IMG/VR virus record: IMGVR_UViG_3300042013_000056
Span: 64,001 to 128,000 of that record
Source: a virus
DNA length: 64,000 nucleotides
Reading direction: 5' to 3' (one strand)
The position numbers and the translations under genes were made by a program. This document shows, in pieces, positions 1 through 10,332 of this stretch. The notes beneath the pieces are model-generated. The model saw only the letters and a list, made by a program, of their open reading frames with translations. It made no database searches and had not been told where the DNA came from. Within the stretch, counting starts at the first letter, position 1. Each line of letters starts with the position of its first letter.

Positions 1-1
1 C

Positions 2-169
2 GTCTTTGTAGTCGCGAAAGATCACCGCCATTTCGTCGTCAGACAATTCGTACTTGTCGATAGCCCACTGCGCAGCACCACGATATTCATCATGGGAGTA
101 AACCTTTGTATCATTGACAATCACTTCAACATGACCGTTAGCAAAGTTCTCACGGAATTTGATGTTCAT
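2..169 (-). CDS. hypothetical protein, runs off the window edge (MNIKFRENFANGHVEVIV...)
   Basis: ATG at 169 read manually; frame open to the window edge. Confidence 0.6.
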   Translation of the reverse strand, partial: MNIKFRENFANGHVEVIVNDTKVYSHDEYRGAAQWAIDKYELSDDEMAVIFRDYKD

Positions 170-234
170 TTATATCATACCAGTTGGGTTAAGTGGAAAT
201 ATTCTAGCAGTATTAAAACAGAACTGCCAGAATA

Positions 235-627
235 TTAGGCGATGTAGACCAAGCCGTGGTTGATCGCGAAGTTTTTCAGTTCAAGTTCCCAATCATCCGG
301 TGCGCAACTGTCATGAATGTTTTGCAAATTGATAATGAGATTTTCATGACGATGTTCGGGGATCAACCCACGTTTGACAAGACTGCTCCAATTAGAGCCG
401 TAGGAAATATTGTTGATATACCCGGCCCGATCCATTTCCTGCTTGTATTCGTCGTCACCAATCAGACAACCAGCCGCACATTTCAACTTGCCGTCTTCAC
501 CACCACGATAGGCGCATTGGGAAGTGGCCAGTGTTTTGCATTGTTGATTCTGTTTCAACAGGTGAGCCGTAACCTGATCGAAGATTTGTTGTGGGGTTGC
601 GTCGTTCAAGGTAGCCAAAGTAATCAT
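235..627 (-). CDS. hypothetical protein, paralog of 18025-18420
   Basis: shares HLxKQNxQ...CxY...DGKxCAxGCLI with the 18025 ORF. Confidence 0.75.
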   Translation of the reverse strand: MITLATLNDATPQQIFDQVTAHLLKQNQQCKTLATSQCAYRGGEDGKLKCAAGCLIGDDEYKQEMDRAGYINNISYGSNWSSLVKRGLIPEHRHENLIINLQNIHDSCAPDDWELELKNFAINHGLVYIA

Positions 628-632
628 TTATA

Positions 633-836
633 TCAATCCCATGGAAGGTCTGGTTGAATTTTCGCATCTTCGGCCTTTTGTTTTTGCCGATAAATTGCAC
701 GTTGAATATATTTGTTGTGTTCTATTAGCTTGTTGACCAACCGAACGCGGTAGGCACTATACGGTAAAACCTCATCGTATGTATAGAACTGATTGATAGC
801 TGCTACGATATCTTCACTGAGTTGTTCGAGGTTCAT
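633..836 (-). CDS. hypothetical protein
   Basis: 67 aa ORF in a tightly coupled minus-strand run. Confidence 0.65.
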   Translation of the reverse strand: MNLEQLSEDIVAAINQFYTYDEVLPYSAYRVRLVNKLIEHNKYIQRAIYRQKQKAEDAKIQPDLPWD

Positions 837-919
837 TAATCGTGGTCGCTATCCCAATCTTCTTGGTTGCGGCGACGTTCTGCTAATTCTTCGGCTTCGC
901 GCCATTCTTGTTCGGTCAT
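836..919 (-). CDS. 27-aa acidic microprotein MTEQEWREAEELAERRRNQEDWDSDHD
   Basis: not in ORF track; fills the gap exactly, TAA abuts the upstream ATG and TAATG couples downstream. Confidence 0.6.
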   Translation of the reverse strand: MTEQEWREAEELAERRRNQEDWDSDHD

Positions 920-1033
920 TTAATCAAGACTCTTGGTCGGACTGCCACATTTAGGGCAGGTATAGTTCGGCCCCATGAACCGATAGTGTGCCCACCAACC
1001 ACACGCTGTACTGACGCACGCAACGTAATCCAT
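920..1033 (-). CDS. 37-aa zinc-ribbon microprotein (C-x4-C...CPKC)
   Basis: not in ORF track; MDYVACVSTACGWWAHYRFMGPNYTCPKCGSPTKSLD; start overlaps upstream TGA. Confidence 0.6.
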   Translation of the reverse strand: MDYVACVSTACGWWAHYRFMGPNYTCPKCGSPTKSLD

Positions 1034-1344
1034 CAATCCCCCAATGGTTTGCAATATTGACCCCAATCGCTTTCTTCTGTTAGAAGCACTGGGTCAATGA
1101 CTTTGAATGGCTCCCCGCGTTCTTGCAGGAATTTAATACCACCAACACAAGGTTTGGTGGGTTCTGCATGGCATGCCCACGTTTTACCGTGGTGTACCCG
1201 CATGTTACGGATGTCCCATGGTTCTGGGAGACACCCGTAGTTCTGTACACGTTCAGATGCTTCTGTCCACGCACACGGGCAGCAGCATTCTGGGTCGTTG
1301 AGGTCACACGTCATCGGTTTGCAACCATTCGGCAAGTCGTTCAA
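1033..1344 (-). CDS. Cys-rich hypothetical protein
   Basis: CCCPC, CH and C clusters; coupled stop/start. Confidence 0.6.
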   Translation of the reverse strand: MNDLPNGCKPMTCDLNDPECCCPCAWTEASERVQNYGCLPEPWDIRNMRVHHGKTWACHAEPTKPCVGGIKFLQERGEPFKVIDPVLLTEESDWGQYCKPLGD

Positions 1345-1564
1345 ACACTCTGGCTTCCAACATACCGTATACGCCGTAGCACAGTGTCGCCATCAACAGC
1401 ATGAATGAACAGATTGCCAGTGGGAATCCCCAAGCCAATTCCAATTGTGGGGACATGACCATCCCAACCCAACTCAAGATGAATACCAGACCAACGCCAA
1501 TCCATTTATGTTTCGATTTCAGCTTCACAACACAATCTCCGGGGTTTGCGGCAGGTAAGCCCAC
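1304..1564 (-). CDS. small membrane protein (2 TM)
   Basis: two hydrophobic segments; true start uncertain. Confidence 0.55.
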   Translation of the reverse strand: MGLPAANPGDCVVKLKSKHKWIGVGLVFILSWVGMVMSPQLELAWGFPLAICSFMLLMATLCYGVYGMLEARVFERLAEWLQTDDV

Positions 1565-1908
1565 CGAGGGTAACAGACTTTGTACAAGTCCCAGTGAGTC
1601 AATGATACAATCGACCAGCGTTTCTTGCCGACTTCCCAGACGATGATATTACCCCAAGCGTCACACAGCTCGATTTCGGGTTGATATGCACCGTCCGATG
1701 GGTACGTTCCTTGAAGTTTTTCAGATCGGGTTTTATCCAAGCTCATTTGTTTCAGTTTCAACGTTCGAACCATCGCCAACGCATTTTCGAATCGCATAAC
1801 ACGATCAACCAGCTCTTCATTAACCGGTTTGTCGCATTCCGGACATTCTTCCAGATGGCGGAGCGGGTATTGACACCACATGCAAGGCCGAACTTGATTG
1901 GCTGACAT
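1525..1908 (-). CDS. hypothetical protein with N-terminal zinc finger (CxxC...CPEC)
   Basis: CMWC and CPEC motifs. Confidence 0.65.
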   Translation of the reverse strand: MSANQVRPCMWCQYPLRHLEECPECDKPVNEELVDRVMRFENALAMVRTLKLKQMSLDKTRSEKLQGTYPSDGAYQPEIELCDAWGNIIVWEVGKKRWSIVSLTHWDLYKVCYPRWAYLPQTPEIVL

Positions 1909-2091
1909 TCAAACAATCTCATATTTCAATGGAAGGTCGCTGACAGTTGCATCACGCCAAAGGGTGTAATGCGAGAAGTCCATACCTTCACAGTGGTTGT
2001 GTTGGTAGGTGACTTCGATTTGAAGAATCAACTTACCACGCCAATTGGATCGATAACGAAACTTCCCAGTTACGCCGATTTCGTTGCTCAT
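1909..2091 (-). CDS. hypothetical protein
   Basis: ATGA coupling with upstream gene. Confidence 0.6.
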   Translation of the reverse strand: MSNEIGVTGKFRYRSNWRGKLILQIEVTYQHNHCEGMDFSHYTLWRDATVSDLPLKYEIV

Positions 2092-2576
2092 ACGATGGTC
2101 CCAGCAATGTTCATTTTGATATCACCCGGAACTAAATGTTCAGCATTTGGATAATTCGGAAGGATGTTCAAGCGATCATTCCAACTGCTACCGGTGCAAC
2201 GCCCACGGTCATGTTCGCGGTTGTAACGCCAAGCCCCATCATCAAACCGGGCACATTCATAACCTTTCAGGAAGGTCAGTTCAATACAAACGACCTTGTT
2301 ACCACTGATGGTCATGAGTTCATCACCGATTTTGAATGGGATAGAACCTTTCATGCCTTTTTCGTGGGTGGTCTTAGCCAAGGCCAGAATCCCACAAATA
2401 GGGCCGGGGAAATCATCACCGGTACGCGGCTTCGACATTGTGCGCAATTTATCAATCGTCACATAACCCAACCCACGGCAGTCTGCACACTCAACAGGGT
2501 TCTTGTTGATGTACTTGTAAATGATTTCACCTTCACCGTGGCAGCAGTCACATTCAAACAGAACTGGATCGGACAT
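2088..2576 (-). CDS. protein with DnaJ-type zinc-finger repeat (CxxCxGxG x2)
   Basis: CDCCHGEG and CADCRGLG. Confidence 0.7.
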   Translation of the reverse strand: MSDPVLFECDCCHGEGEIIYKYINKNPVECADCRGLGYVTIDKLRTMSKPRTGDDFPGPICGILALAKTTHEKGMKGSIPFKIGDELMTISGNKVVCIELTFLKGYECARFDDGAWRYNREHDRGRCTGSSWNDRLNILPNYPNAEHLVPGDIKMNIAGTIV

Positions 2577-2782
2577 TACAATTCTCTTTCTGTCAGAACC
2601 TGATAACCAGATTCATTAATCAATAGTGTTCGCATACAAGGAAGGTCGGGTAATCCGTAAACCCTTATCTGCGCCCGTTTTTCAGATGATAAAGGATGTC
2701 TATCTGTAAAGCAACAGAACCAACCAATTTTGTTCGTGTATTTTCCGCGAAGAATCTTGACCTGATTAGGTACTATCAACAA
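2576..2782 (-). CDS. hypothetical protein
   Basis: coupled to flanking genes. Confidence 0.55.
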   Translation of the reverse strand: MLIVPNQVKILRGKYTNKIGWFCCFTDRHPLSSEKRAQIRVYGLPDLPCMRTLLINESGYQVLTEREL

Positions 2783-3474
2783 AATTGATTCTCGGTTGGA
2801 TTTGTATCAATTTTGTTGATACGGTCTTCATCAGCTTTTTTGATCCGTACAACCAGTTGTTCCATTTCAAGGATGTGGTTGTAATCCGAAATCGACAGGA
2901 ACACTTCACCCTGCAAATTAATCAAACTACGCAACGACCCGGTGTAAATCCCATAGAACCGCATCGGACGTGGATACCGTGGTTGATCGTAACCCGGACG
3001 CAGTTCGTGGATCGCCTTGATAGTGATATGTCGCAACAAGACTTCGGTGTCCTGTTCCAACCACCATTCTTTCGGCAGATGCTTCCAGTAGTCTGGGTAC
3101 AATGCTTTCAAATTGGCGGCAATGGCCTTATGGGACTGGTTCAATGCACTATGGTGACGTTTGATGTAAGTGTACGACCGTTTCCACCAGAACATACCGA
3201 TATGACCGATTTCTTCGGTGATATATGGAGACATGATTTTGTTAAAATCAATCTTGTCTTGACCAGAATTGGCATATTCTTGCAGGTTTGCAAAGCGTTT
3301 ACGATCAGCTTCCTTGCGATCAACCACCGCTTGCCTACGTTTTTCATTTTCAATTTCAAGGAGAGAACCAAGCCTGATGTTTTCAACATCGATCACTTTC
3401 AAACACCGCGTAGCTCGACCCGCAATAGTCGAACCAATGACTTTGATAAAACCTTCGGAATGATTCAATTCCAC
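2776..3474 (-). CDS. hypothetical protein
   Basis: 232 aa ORF in operon orientation. Confidence 0.7.
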   Translation of the reverse strand: MELNHSEGFIKVIGSTIAGRATRCLKVIDVENIRLGSLLEIENEKRRQAVVDRKEADRKRFANLQEYANSGQDKIDFNKIMSPYITEEIGHIGMFWWKRSYTYIKRHHSALNQSHKAIAANLKALYPDYWKHLPKEWWLEQDTEVLLRHITIKAIHELRPGYDQPRYPRPMRFYGIYTGSLRSLINLQGEVFLSISDYNHILEMEQLVVRIKKADEDRINKIDTNPTENQFC

Positions 3475-4954
3475 GTTTCCTTCATTTTGGATGGATCAAC
3501 CTGTTTCCAATACGCGTTGTACGCTTTGAAGTAGTCGCTATAGAACAGATCGGCATCATCAGAACCGCAATTGTCCATATAATCGGCCCTTGCCAATGCC
3601 AATTCACTGAACATTTTTTCGACAGTCTTTGGTTCAGGCGTAATGCTCATTTTGTTACCCCAAAGTGATTGTGTAATAGGGAGACGAGCATGGTCGATCT
3701 TCACACTCCCATTTGACGCCAAACCCACGCGTGATCATTGCAGGTTCGAAGTTGGCTCTTGACCAAACAACCCGACTCGAATCAACTCTAATTGGCTTCC
3801 CATCAGATCGTATAAATGATGGTCGAATGTCATCGGTAATCCAAAGATCGATACCCTCACATTTTTGCAGGGATTTCAGTTCATCCTTAATGTGGTTGGC
3901 TGTTACTAATTGCATCATTTGTACTCTTTGTATCGTGGATTGCCACGATGTCTTCGTAAATTTTCTGGCGAGCTTCCAACGATTTGACGTACTCAGTGAT
4001 ATCACCCAATACCATCAAAAGCTGTGGGCCGGATAGTGGCATATTTGGATTAATCAAACCAAGATCAACCCCAGTTTGTGCAATGGATTCCATCAATACA
4101 TTACGTTGATGGATCACATCTTCCAATTTTTCTTGCGTAACGATCATTTAACAGGTCCGGTCGTTTGAGTTTGGTTAAATAACGCTCAATCCAACCGAGT
4201 ACATGTAATTGAAGATCGGTCATGTTGTCGCGTGCCATTAAAACTGGAAAGATTGCGAAAATCGCTTCCTTCATGTAGTTCATTGTGTAGTAATTGTCGA
4301 AATCATAACGAACATAATCATGCGTTGCTGCATCATCGGGCATCGTATGATTCCAAATCATCACAAACACATTGTACAGATGATCGGTTGTCATATCTTT
4401 TGGATACAACATTTTCAATGACGAATTACGCCATTGAAAACTGTGGGCCGGAAGCCCACGACCAAAGCCCTTTACCAGTTCTGTTGGCTTCATCGAATGT
4501 CACTATCTGGGAAACAGGTTTGAGTTGGACTGCTACCTTTTTCACCGCTTTCCGTGATGTAGCAGGTAACTTTATTACGGGTGTCATGCACAACCGCAAA
4601 TACGGTTGAATCATAGGTCACACCTGCATATTGCCGAACTTCTATATCCGCTTCATCGGTTGACTGTTCGGTGTACTTGGTAGTTTCGGCAAAAACGCTA
4701 CCAGACACCGCCAACAGAATCAAAAGAACCCAATATTTCATTGTATCAAATCCTCAGTTACGTTCGAAGAATGCTTGACTTTCAAGGCGAGCTTGGCTGA
4801 ACCAGACTGCACCGTACTGAGTCACCCAGTAAAATTCGGTGGTTGCATCGATCTTGACGCGTTCACCAGCTTGAAACTGATGGACCACTTCATTACGAGC
4901 GTTCTTAATTTCCAGCGATGTGTTGAGAATGATAAAACTGTAATTCACAGACAC
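3465..4954 (-). CDS. run of six small hypothetical genes (3465-~3647, 3655-~3918, 3887-4147, 4101-4493, 4490-4741 with signal peptide, 4754-4954)
   Basis: overlapping or abutting minus-strand ORFs; 4490-4741 begins MKYWVLLILLAVSGSVFA. Confidence 0.6.
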
Positions 4955-5202
4955 CCCATTTCTTTAGGATTTGTTTTTGGAACCCCAGCTTCGATTTGAG
5001 CCGCGACACACTGATTCTGTTCTGTTACAATAGTATTGACCATTTTGATACCACATGTCAACAACAGAATCACAGCAATTGTGCAAATTGTTGGTGCCGA
5101 ACTGATCAAAACTTGACCAGTTGTCGAGTCGCGGAAGCTTTCCCATGATTGGACCACGGATTTCATGCTTTCACATGGGGATTGATCGACCTTCTGTTCC
5201 AT
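4945..5202 (-). CDS. small membrane protein
   Basis: one TM segment then C-x12-C-type tail. Confidence 0.55.
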   Translation of the reverse strand: MEQKVDQSPCESMKSVVQSWESFRDSTTGQVLISSAPTICTIAVILLLTCGIKMVNTIVTEQNQCVAAQIEAGVPKTNPKEMGCL

Positions 5203-5366
5203 TAGTTACACGCCTTTGCTGCTTCGATGGCTGGGGAGCCGTTTTTGACCAGCGACTGAACACAATCTGTTCGAATTCTGGTGGTGTTGAAATTGTACAC
5301 CAGACTCAGAACCAAAATAAACAGTACCGCGTAGATTCCTGCGACCAAATTTGCGTTAGCTTTCAT
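5202..5366 (-). CDS. 54-aa membrane microprotein MKANANLVAGIYAVLFILVLSLVYNFNTTRIRTDCVQSLVKNGSPAIEAAKACN
   Basis: not in ORF track; first gene behind the 5397 promoter; TAATG coupling. Confidence 0.7.
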   Translation of the reverse strand: MKANANLVAGIYAVLFILVLSLVYNFNTTRIRTDCVQSLVKNGSPAIEAAKACN

Positions 5367-5396
5367 TTCGATCTTCCAATTTTGTTTGAGAACAGA

Positions 5397-5428
5397 AGCT
5401 TATCACATCAACCACCAGAAATAAACAG
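5397..5428 (-). promoter_or_regulatory. sigma70-type phage promoter
   Basis: TGTTTATT, 17-bp spacer, TAAGCT. Confidence 0.7.
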
Positions 5429-5445
5429 TTCTATCAAAATACATC

Positions 5446-5453
5446 GCTAAATA
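5446..5453 (+). promoter_or_regulatory. T4-type late promoter (GCTAAATA)
   Basis: TAAATA core 35 nt before the tailspike ATG; similar sites precede the other tailspikes. Confidence 0.55.
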
Positions 5454-5487
5454 TAAGATACAATTACCACATCCATTTGGAGTCATA

Positions 5488-8319
5488 ATGGAACTCAAGA
5501 ATTTTTTTGCACAAGATAGCCAAGGTAATGCACAACCAAATGCAACCTGCTATCTATATGCAGTTGGAACAGAAACCATTGTAACTGGCTTGGTTGATGT
5601 GACTGATACACCATTAGCTAACCCATTCAACAGTGACCCATACGGGCTTATTCAGTTTAAAGCTCCGAATGGAATTTATGATCTAAGAGTTGTATCTGGT
5701 GTTAGAGATTACCGCATTAGAGTTCAATGTAACGATCTTAATGAGTCCATTGCCGCTGCTAAGGCAGAGGCTGACCGCGCGCAAGCGATTGTTGACGGGT
5801 TTGATAATGACACTGCATATATTTCATACCCATTTTCATATGTTACAGGTACATCCACATATGATGTAAGAACGATTAGTGGCGAACAAACAACTACAAC
5901 CAATAACATGGGACTTTGGGTTGAAGGTGCAATCGAATTTGATTATGTGATAAATGATGATTTCACATTTACACTGGGTTCGGTATATCCAAATGGTATT
6001 AGCATGCGAATCCTTAGAGGTACTCGCAAATTCTCTGATATCAGTACCCAATTTGCAACCAGAAGTCAACTTGCTGCATCTGATGGTGCTAGTTTGGTAG
6101 GTACACCAATCGGTTTGGACCTTTCAACTACAACAATTTCAGTATCTAATTTGGCTGCATTACGAGCCGCAACTAAACCTGTCATTGCCGCTGGTAGAAC
6201 ACTATCTGTATGGGTATCCAGTCACACCATTGATAATGATGGTGGTGAAGGTATGTGGTATTGGCAAGGGGATAGCAACGAAGTTGATGATAACGCTTTG
6301 GTTGTGGTTCCAAATGGTGCAACTGTTGGTCGCTGGAAACGTGTATTCTCAGATTTCATTAAACCAGAGTGGTTTGGTGCAACTGGATTAGGATTGGTTG
6401 ATGATTCTACCGCAATTGGTAAGTTTTTTGATGCATGTTTGACCTACAGTGTTAAAGGCCGTGGTAAGCCGGGTGCGAAATACAAAATTTCAACTCAAAT
6501 CAGTAAAACACTGGTACAAAATCAAGTCTTGGATATTGATTGGAATGGTTCTACATTGATCCAAGGTGGAAATAACCTTGTACTCAGTTTACTAAACTCA
6601 GCTAATGGGTTGGTGAAGCCAACAACATCAATTACCGAAACATCGGTCAATCTTGGTGACGGTTCGACAAACACTATTGTCATGCAGATTGTAGCTACTG
6701 CACACCCGTTTACTACGGCTGGTGAAATCGGTAAGATTTTTAGCGATGATATCGTGCCAGATTCGGATGGGTCAAATCAGTTTCGTGGAGAATTCTTCAC
6801 GGTTGGTTCAATCATTGATGCAAATACATTTACCACAACTGGTGTGTTCGATGAAACTTATCTAACTAACCCAAAAGTTGTGAAACCATCAAATGCCAAA
6901 GTAGACTTCTCGAATCTATCTGGTGAATCTGTTTGGGTAGATACTACCACATCCAGCTTTATGAACATCCAAGGGTTTTTGTCGCCAAGACTTCAAAAGT
7001 TGTCTGCGAAAAATATTAACGCAGCTTTCTTGAACCTAACAAGTAACTACAAACCATCCGTACAAGGGATCATTGGTAGAAGCTTGAAGAACCGCCCGGA
7101 CTTAGGTGCCTACGGGTATCTGGTTAATGACAGTGCCGGTTTCTATGGTGATATCTCAAGAATCGATTGTGTATTAGCAAGACACGCATATACAACCACA
7201 ACACCAACCAGCACGATTGCAAATGATGACAAATGGTGGCTTCGTGGTAGAACCATTGGTTCTGTAGTAAGCGACAGTACCGCACAGGGATGCGCAAACG
7301 CATTTGATACACACTCACCAGCTTTGCGTATCACATTCGATAACTGCGTGTCTATAGACGACTTCCGTGGGAATGCTACTGGTGGTGCTGGTATTCAAAT
7401 CAGAGCGAATGATTGTCGAGTGATTGACTGTGATGTGACCAACTCTAAAATTGGTGTTGCGCAGAGCGGTGCAAATAAAACCAGTAATGCGACACTAACA
7501 ATTTCCGGTCTTAGATACAGAGGACCGAACGGTCATATACCAGTTGTGGTAAATGGTAGTGCTACATACGAAACCGTTGTTAACTTTGATGATGGGAACA
7601 TTACCACCATCAACGGTGTTGCATTTGATGTTACCAACGCATACTTGAACGTAACAAACACCAAAGTGTCTATGTCACCAGCAATAAATGGTGCATCGGT
7701 AGTTAAACTAAACGCTGGTGGTCGTCTGGATTGGGACAGTGGTAGTGTTTCAATACTCGCAGGTGTTTCACATAAACTAGTAGAACATGCCGAGACTGAT
7801 ACTATCTGTTACATGGACAATGTTAGAGTTCGTGGTGTTACTGGTAGATTGTCATATCTTTCATCATCAGCAGCACAATATGCAATCCAATCTAGATTCC
7901 GTGGAATGCAACTGGACGCTGCTCTACCGGGTGTGCCATTCCTAGGTGTTGAAGCTACGTTGCCTAAAGTATCGGCTGATTATGTTGTTGGGTTTAACTC
8001 AAGACCTATCGGATATCGCGTGTTCACGTTTGGTACGGCTGGTAACCAAACACTGGATTTGCAATTCACTGGTCATGAAAGTGTGTTTGTTCGCATTGAA
8101 GCCACAATTGCTGGTGTTGTTATTAACTCAATCACACAAGGTGCATTCCCCGGCCAGCGATTGATCATAAACAACCGAAATTCATCCACAAGCAGTTTTG
8201 TAATTGCAAACAACTCTAGTGGACTTCTGTTTATGGGCACATCTGCAACACTTACTGCGGGTAGAGGTATCACACTTGTGTGGGACGGTTCGAACTGGCG
8301 TTCTGCTGACATGCATTAA
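5488..8319 (+). CDS. tailspike / receptor-binding protein 1 (anchor domain, shared head module, beta-helix)
   Basis: 943 aa; N-terminal 80 aa shared with 10333; DGGEGMW...GRWKR...PEWFGA module; beta-helix-like repeats. Confidence 0.85.
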   Translation: MELKNFFAQDSQGNAQPNATCYLYAVGTETIVTGLVDVTDTPLANPFNSDPYGLIQFKAPNGIYDLRVVSGVRDYRIRVQCNDLNESIAAAKAEADRAQAIVDGFDNDTAYISYPFSYVTGTSTYDVRTISGEQTTTTNNMGLWVEGAIEFDYVINDDFTFTLGSVYPNGISMRILRGTRKFSDISTQFATRSQLAASDGASLVGTPIGLDLSTTTISVSNLAALRAATKPVIAAGRTLSVWVSSHTIDNDGGEGMWYWQGDSNEVDDNALVVVPNGATVGRWKRVFSDFIKPEWFGATGLGLVDDSTAIGKFFDACLTYSVKGRGKPGAKYKISTQISKTLVQNQVLDIDWNGSTLIQGGNNLVLSLLNSANGLVKPTTSITETSVNLGDGSTNTIVMQIVATAHPFTTAGEIGKIFSDDIVPDSDGSNQFRGEFFTVGSIIDANTFTTTGVFDETYLTNPKVVKPSNAKVDFSNLSGESVWVDTTTSSFMNIQGFLSPRLQKLSAKNINAAFLNLTSNYKPSVQGIIGRSLKNRPDLGAYGYLVNDSAGFYGDISRIDCVLARHAYTTTTPTSTIANDDKWWLRGRTIGSVVSDSTAQGCANAFDTHSPALRITFDNCVSIDDFRGNATGGAGIQIRANDCRVIDCDVTNSKIGVAQSGANKTSNATLTISGLRYRGPNGHIPVVVNGSATYETVVNFDDGNITTINGVAFDVTNAYLNVTNTKVSMSPAINGASVVKLNAGGRLDWDSGSVSILAGVSHKLVEHAETDTICYMDNVRVRGVTGRLSYLSSSAAQYAIQSRFRGMQLDAALPGVPFLGVEATLPKVSADYVVGFNSRPIGYRVFTFGTAGNQTLDLQFTGHESVFVRIEATIAGVVINSITQGAFPGQRLIINNRNSSTSSFVIANNSSGLLFMGTSATLTAGRGITLVWDGSNWRSADMH

Positions 8320-8324
8320 TAGAA

Positions 8325-8354
8325 AACCCGGCACATGTGCCGGGTTCATAAATA
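8325..8354 (+). terminator. 22-bp palindrome (terminator-like) followed by late promoter CATAAATA
   Basis: AACCCGGCACATGTGCCGGGTT then CATAAATA. Confidence 0.7.
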
Positions 8355-8380
8355 AAGATTATATGATTGGTAGACAATAA

Positions 8381-10258
8381 ATGACAATAGGTAAAATTAC
8401 ACAGCTAGTTAATTTGGCCAACACAACTGACCCAACACAAGGTGCTGGGATGGTTTCAAACACAACCGGATTGGATTTATCTACCGCCACCATTTCAATA
8501 TCTAACTTGGCGGCGTTGCGAAGCACAACAAAACCAACCGTCAAATCTGGTAGAACACTAACTGCTTGGGTTGCTGGGCATACCACAGATAATGATGGTG
8601 GTGAGGGTATGTGGTGTTGGCATGGTAACAGTAACGAAGTTGATGACAATGCGATGGTTGTTGCTCCGTCTGGTGCTACTGTGGGTCGTTGGAAACGCGT
8701 TGCTGCTGATAGCATTAGACCAGAGTATTTTGGTGCGTTTGGTGACTTTAACTGGACTACACAGACTGGTACAATTTGTACTGTAAATCTACAGAAAATG
8801 TTTAACTGGGCAAATAAGACCGGTGCGGAAATCCACCCAATGGCTGGTAAGAAGTATCTGACCGATACAATTTACTTGTTCTATGACGTGGTATTAAATC
8901 CGGCATGGCCCGGTAGAGGTGGGCGTACCAAGATTGTAGGTCAGGGTAATGGACATGCTACTGGTGCGTTGGAAGACCCCGGCTGTGCGTTTGTTCATGT
9001 CAACGGATCAACCGGACCACTACTGTATGTCAAGGGTATATTCTCAATTGAAAACCCAACTGGTATGGCTGGTTATTTCAGTTTAGAGGACTTCAACCTT
9101 GTTGGTGGTAATCTGAGTTCTGATGTTTTGAAAATTCAGGGTAGTCAAGGTAGCATTTTCCTTAAAAACTATACTGTAAAAGTTCAAAACCCAGCGGGTA
9201 ATGGTATTACAGAATCTACCACTTGGGAAACTATTCATCAGAATGGATTGATTCGTGGTGGTGCAACTGGTTTGGGTAACTGGACTGGTACTCTACTTGA
9301 TATTAAAACCGATGGTACGGCTGGTCAAACCAACATGAAGGTATATATCAACGTAGACTGCTATCGTGGTGGTAACGGTATTCGTATCGGTAGACGTGGA
9401 TCGGTAGAAGGTACATTTGGTCCATTGGTGTTCATTGGTGGGCAAACTTCTAACTCTGATCAGCATGGACTTTGGTTGGACGGTGGTGTTATTGCATTCT
9501 CGTCAATTGGTCAGCAGTTTGAGGGTGGTCAGAAAAACGCAATTAAGATTGATCGTGAATATGCACCGGGACTTCTATCAACTGACCTTGTTCGAAACAT
9601 TAAATTTGAACGCCCATATATTACTGGATGTGGGTTGATTGAGGATGGTACACCAGATAGTTATGCAATTCACGTTGCTAATGGTGATGGTATCTATTTC
9701 GAGGGAATTACATACAACAATATGGGTAACGGCATGGCTGTTAACCAAGAGTTTGTAACAAACTTCAAGAATATTAGTCCGTTGGTTCGTACTGTTCGTA
9801 CATATGGAGCTACTAGTGGTATCGGCAACTATTTCTACGGTGCAGCACAAGCAATTCAGAAATTTGAATGTCGTGACCCTATCTTTAACCAGAACCCAAG
9901 TGTTCAATTTAATGATGCGGCAATCGAGGCATTCAGTCGATATGATGCTGGTGGTTTTATTAGTAATGCTGGGAATACTGTACCAAGCATTTCTTTGGGT
10001 GGGACATATGGTTCTATGCCAGTGCATCAGCTTAACTTTAACAACCCAACACCACTAACAGTTACTAACATTACTGGTGGTCGATCTAGACAACATCTGT
10101 TGATCACATTCTCAAACACCGTTACAACTATTGCAAGTAACTCGAATATCAGATTGGTTGGTGGGGCTGCATTTACACCTACATCACAATATTCGACACT
10201 AACATTGCATTATGATGGTGTTGTATGGCGAGAAGTTACCAGATCACAAAACGCATAA
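8381..10258 (+). CDS. tailspike / receptor-binding protein 2 (putative depolymerase)
   Basis: 625 aa; residues ~30-120 nearly identical to ~210-300 of protein 1; beta-helix-like body. Confidence 0.85.
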   Translation: MTIGKITQLVNLANTTDPTQGAGMVSNTTGLDLSTATISISNLAALRSTTKPTVKSGRTLTAWVAGHTTDNDGGEGMWCWHGNSNEVDDNAMVVAPSGATVGRWKRVAADSIRPEYFGAFGDFNWTTQTGTICTVNLQKMFNWANKTGAEIHPMAGKKYLTDTIYLFYDVVLNPAWPGRGGRTKIVGQGNGHATGALEDPGCAFVHVNGSTGPLLYVKGIFSIENPTGMAGYFSLEDFNLVGGNLSSDVLKIQGSQGSIFLKNYTVKVQNPAGNGITESTTWETIHQNGLIRGGATGLGNWTGTLLDIKTDGTAGQTNMKVYINVDCYRGGNGIRIGRRGSVEGTFGPLVFIGGQTSNSDQHGLWLDGGVIAFSSIGQQFEGGQKNAIKIDREYAPGLLSTDLVRNIKFERPYITGCGLIEDGTPDSYAIHVANGDGIYFEGITYNNMGNGMAVNQEFVTNFKNISPLVRTVRTYGATSGIGNYFYGAAQAIQKFECRDPIFNQNPSVQFNDAAIEAFSRYDAGGFISNAGNTVPSISLGGTYGSMPVHQLNFNNPTPLTVTNITGGRSRQHLLITFSNTVTTIASNSNIRLVGGAAFTPTSQYSTLTLHYDGVVWREVTRSQNA

Positions 10259-10261
10259 ATT

Positions 10262-10299
10262 AAACCCGGCCATGTGCCGGGTTTTTACGTTGATAAATA
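10262..10299 (+). terminator. Rho-independent terminator followed by late promoter GATAAATA
   Basis: AAACCCGGC-CATGT-GCCGGGTTTTT, near-identical to the 8325 hairpin. Confidence 0.75.
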
Positions 10300-10332
10300 A
10301 AGAATATAACTAATAATCCATTTGGAGTCATA

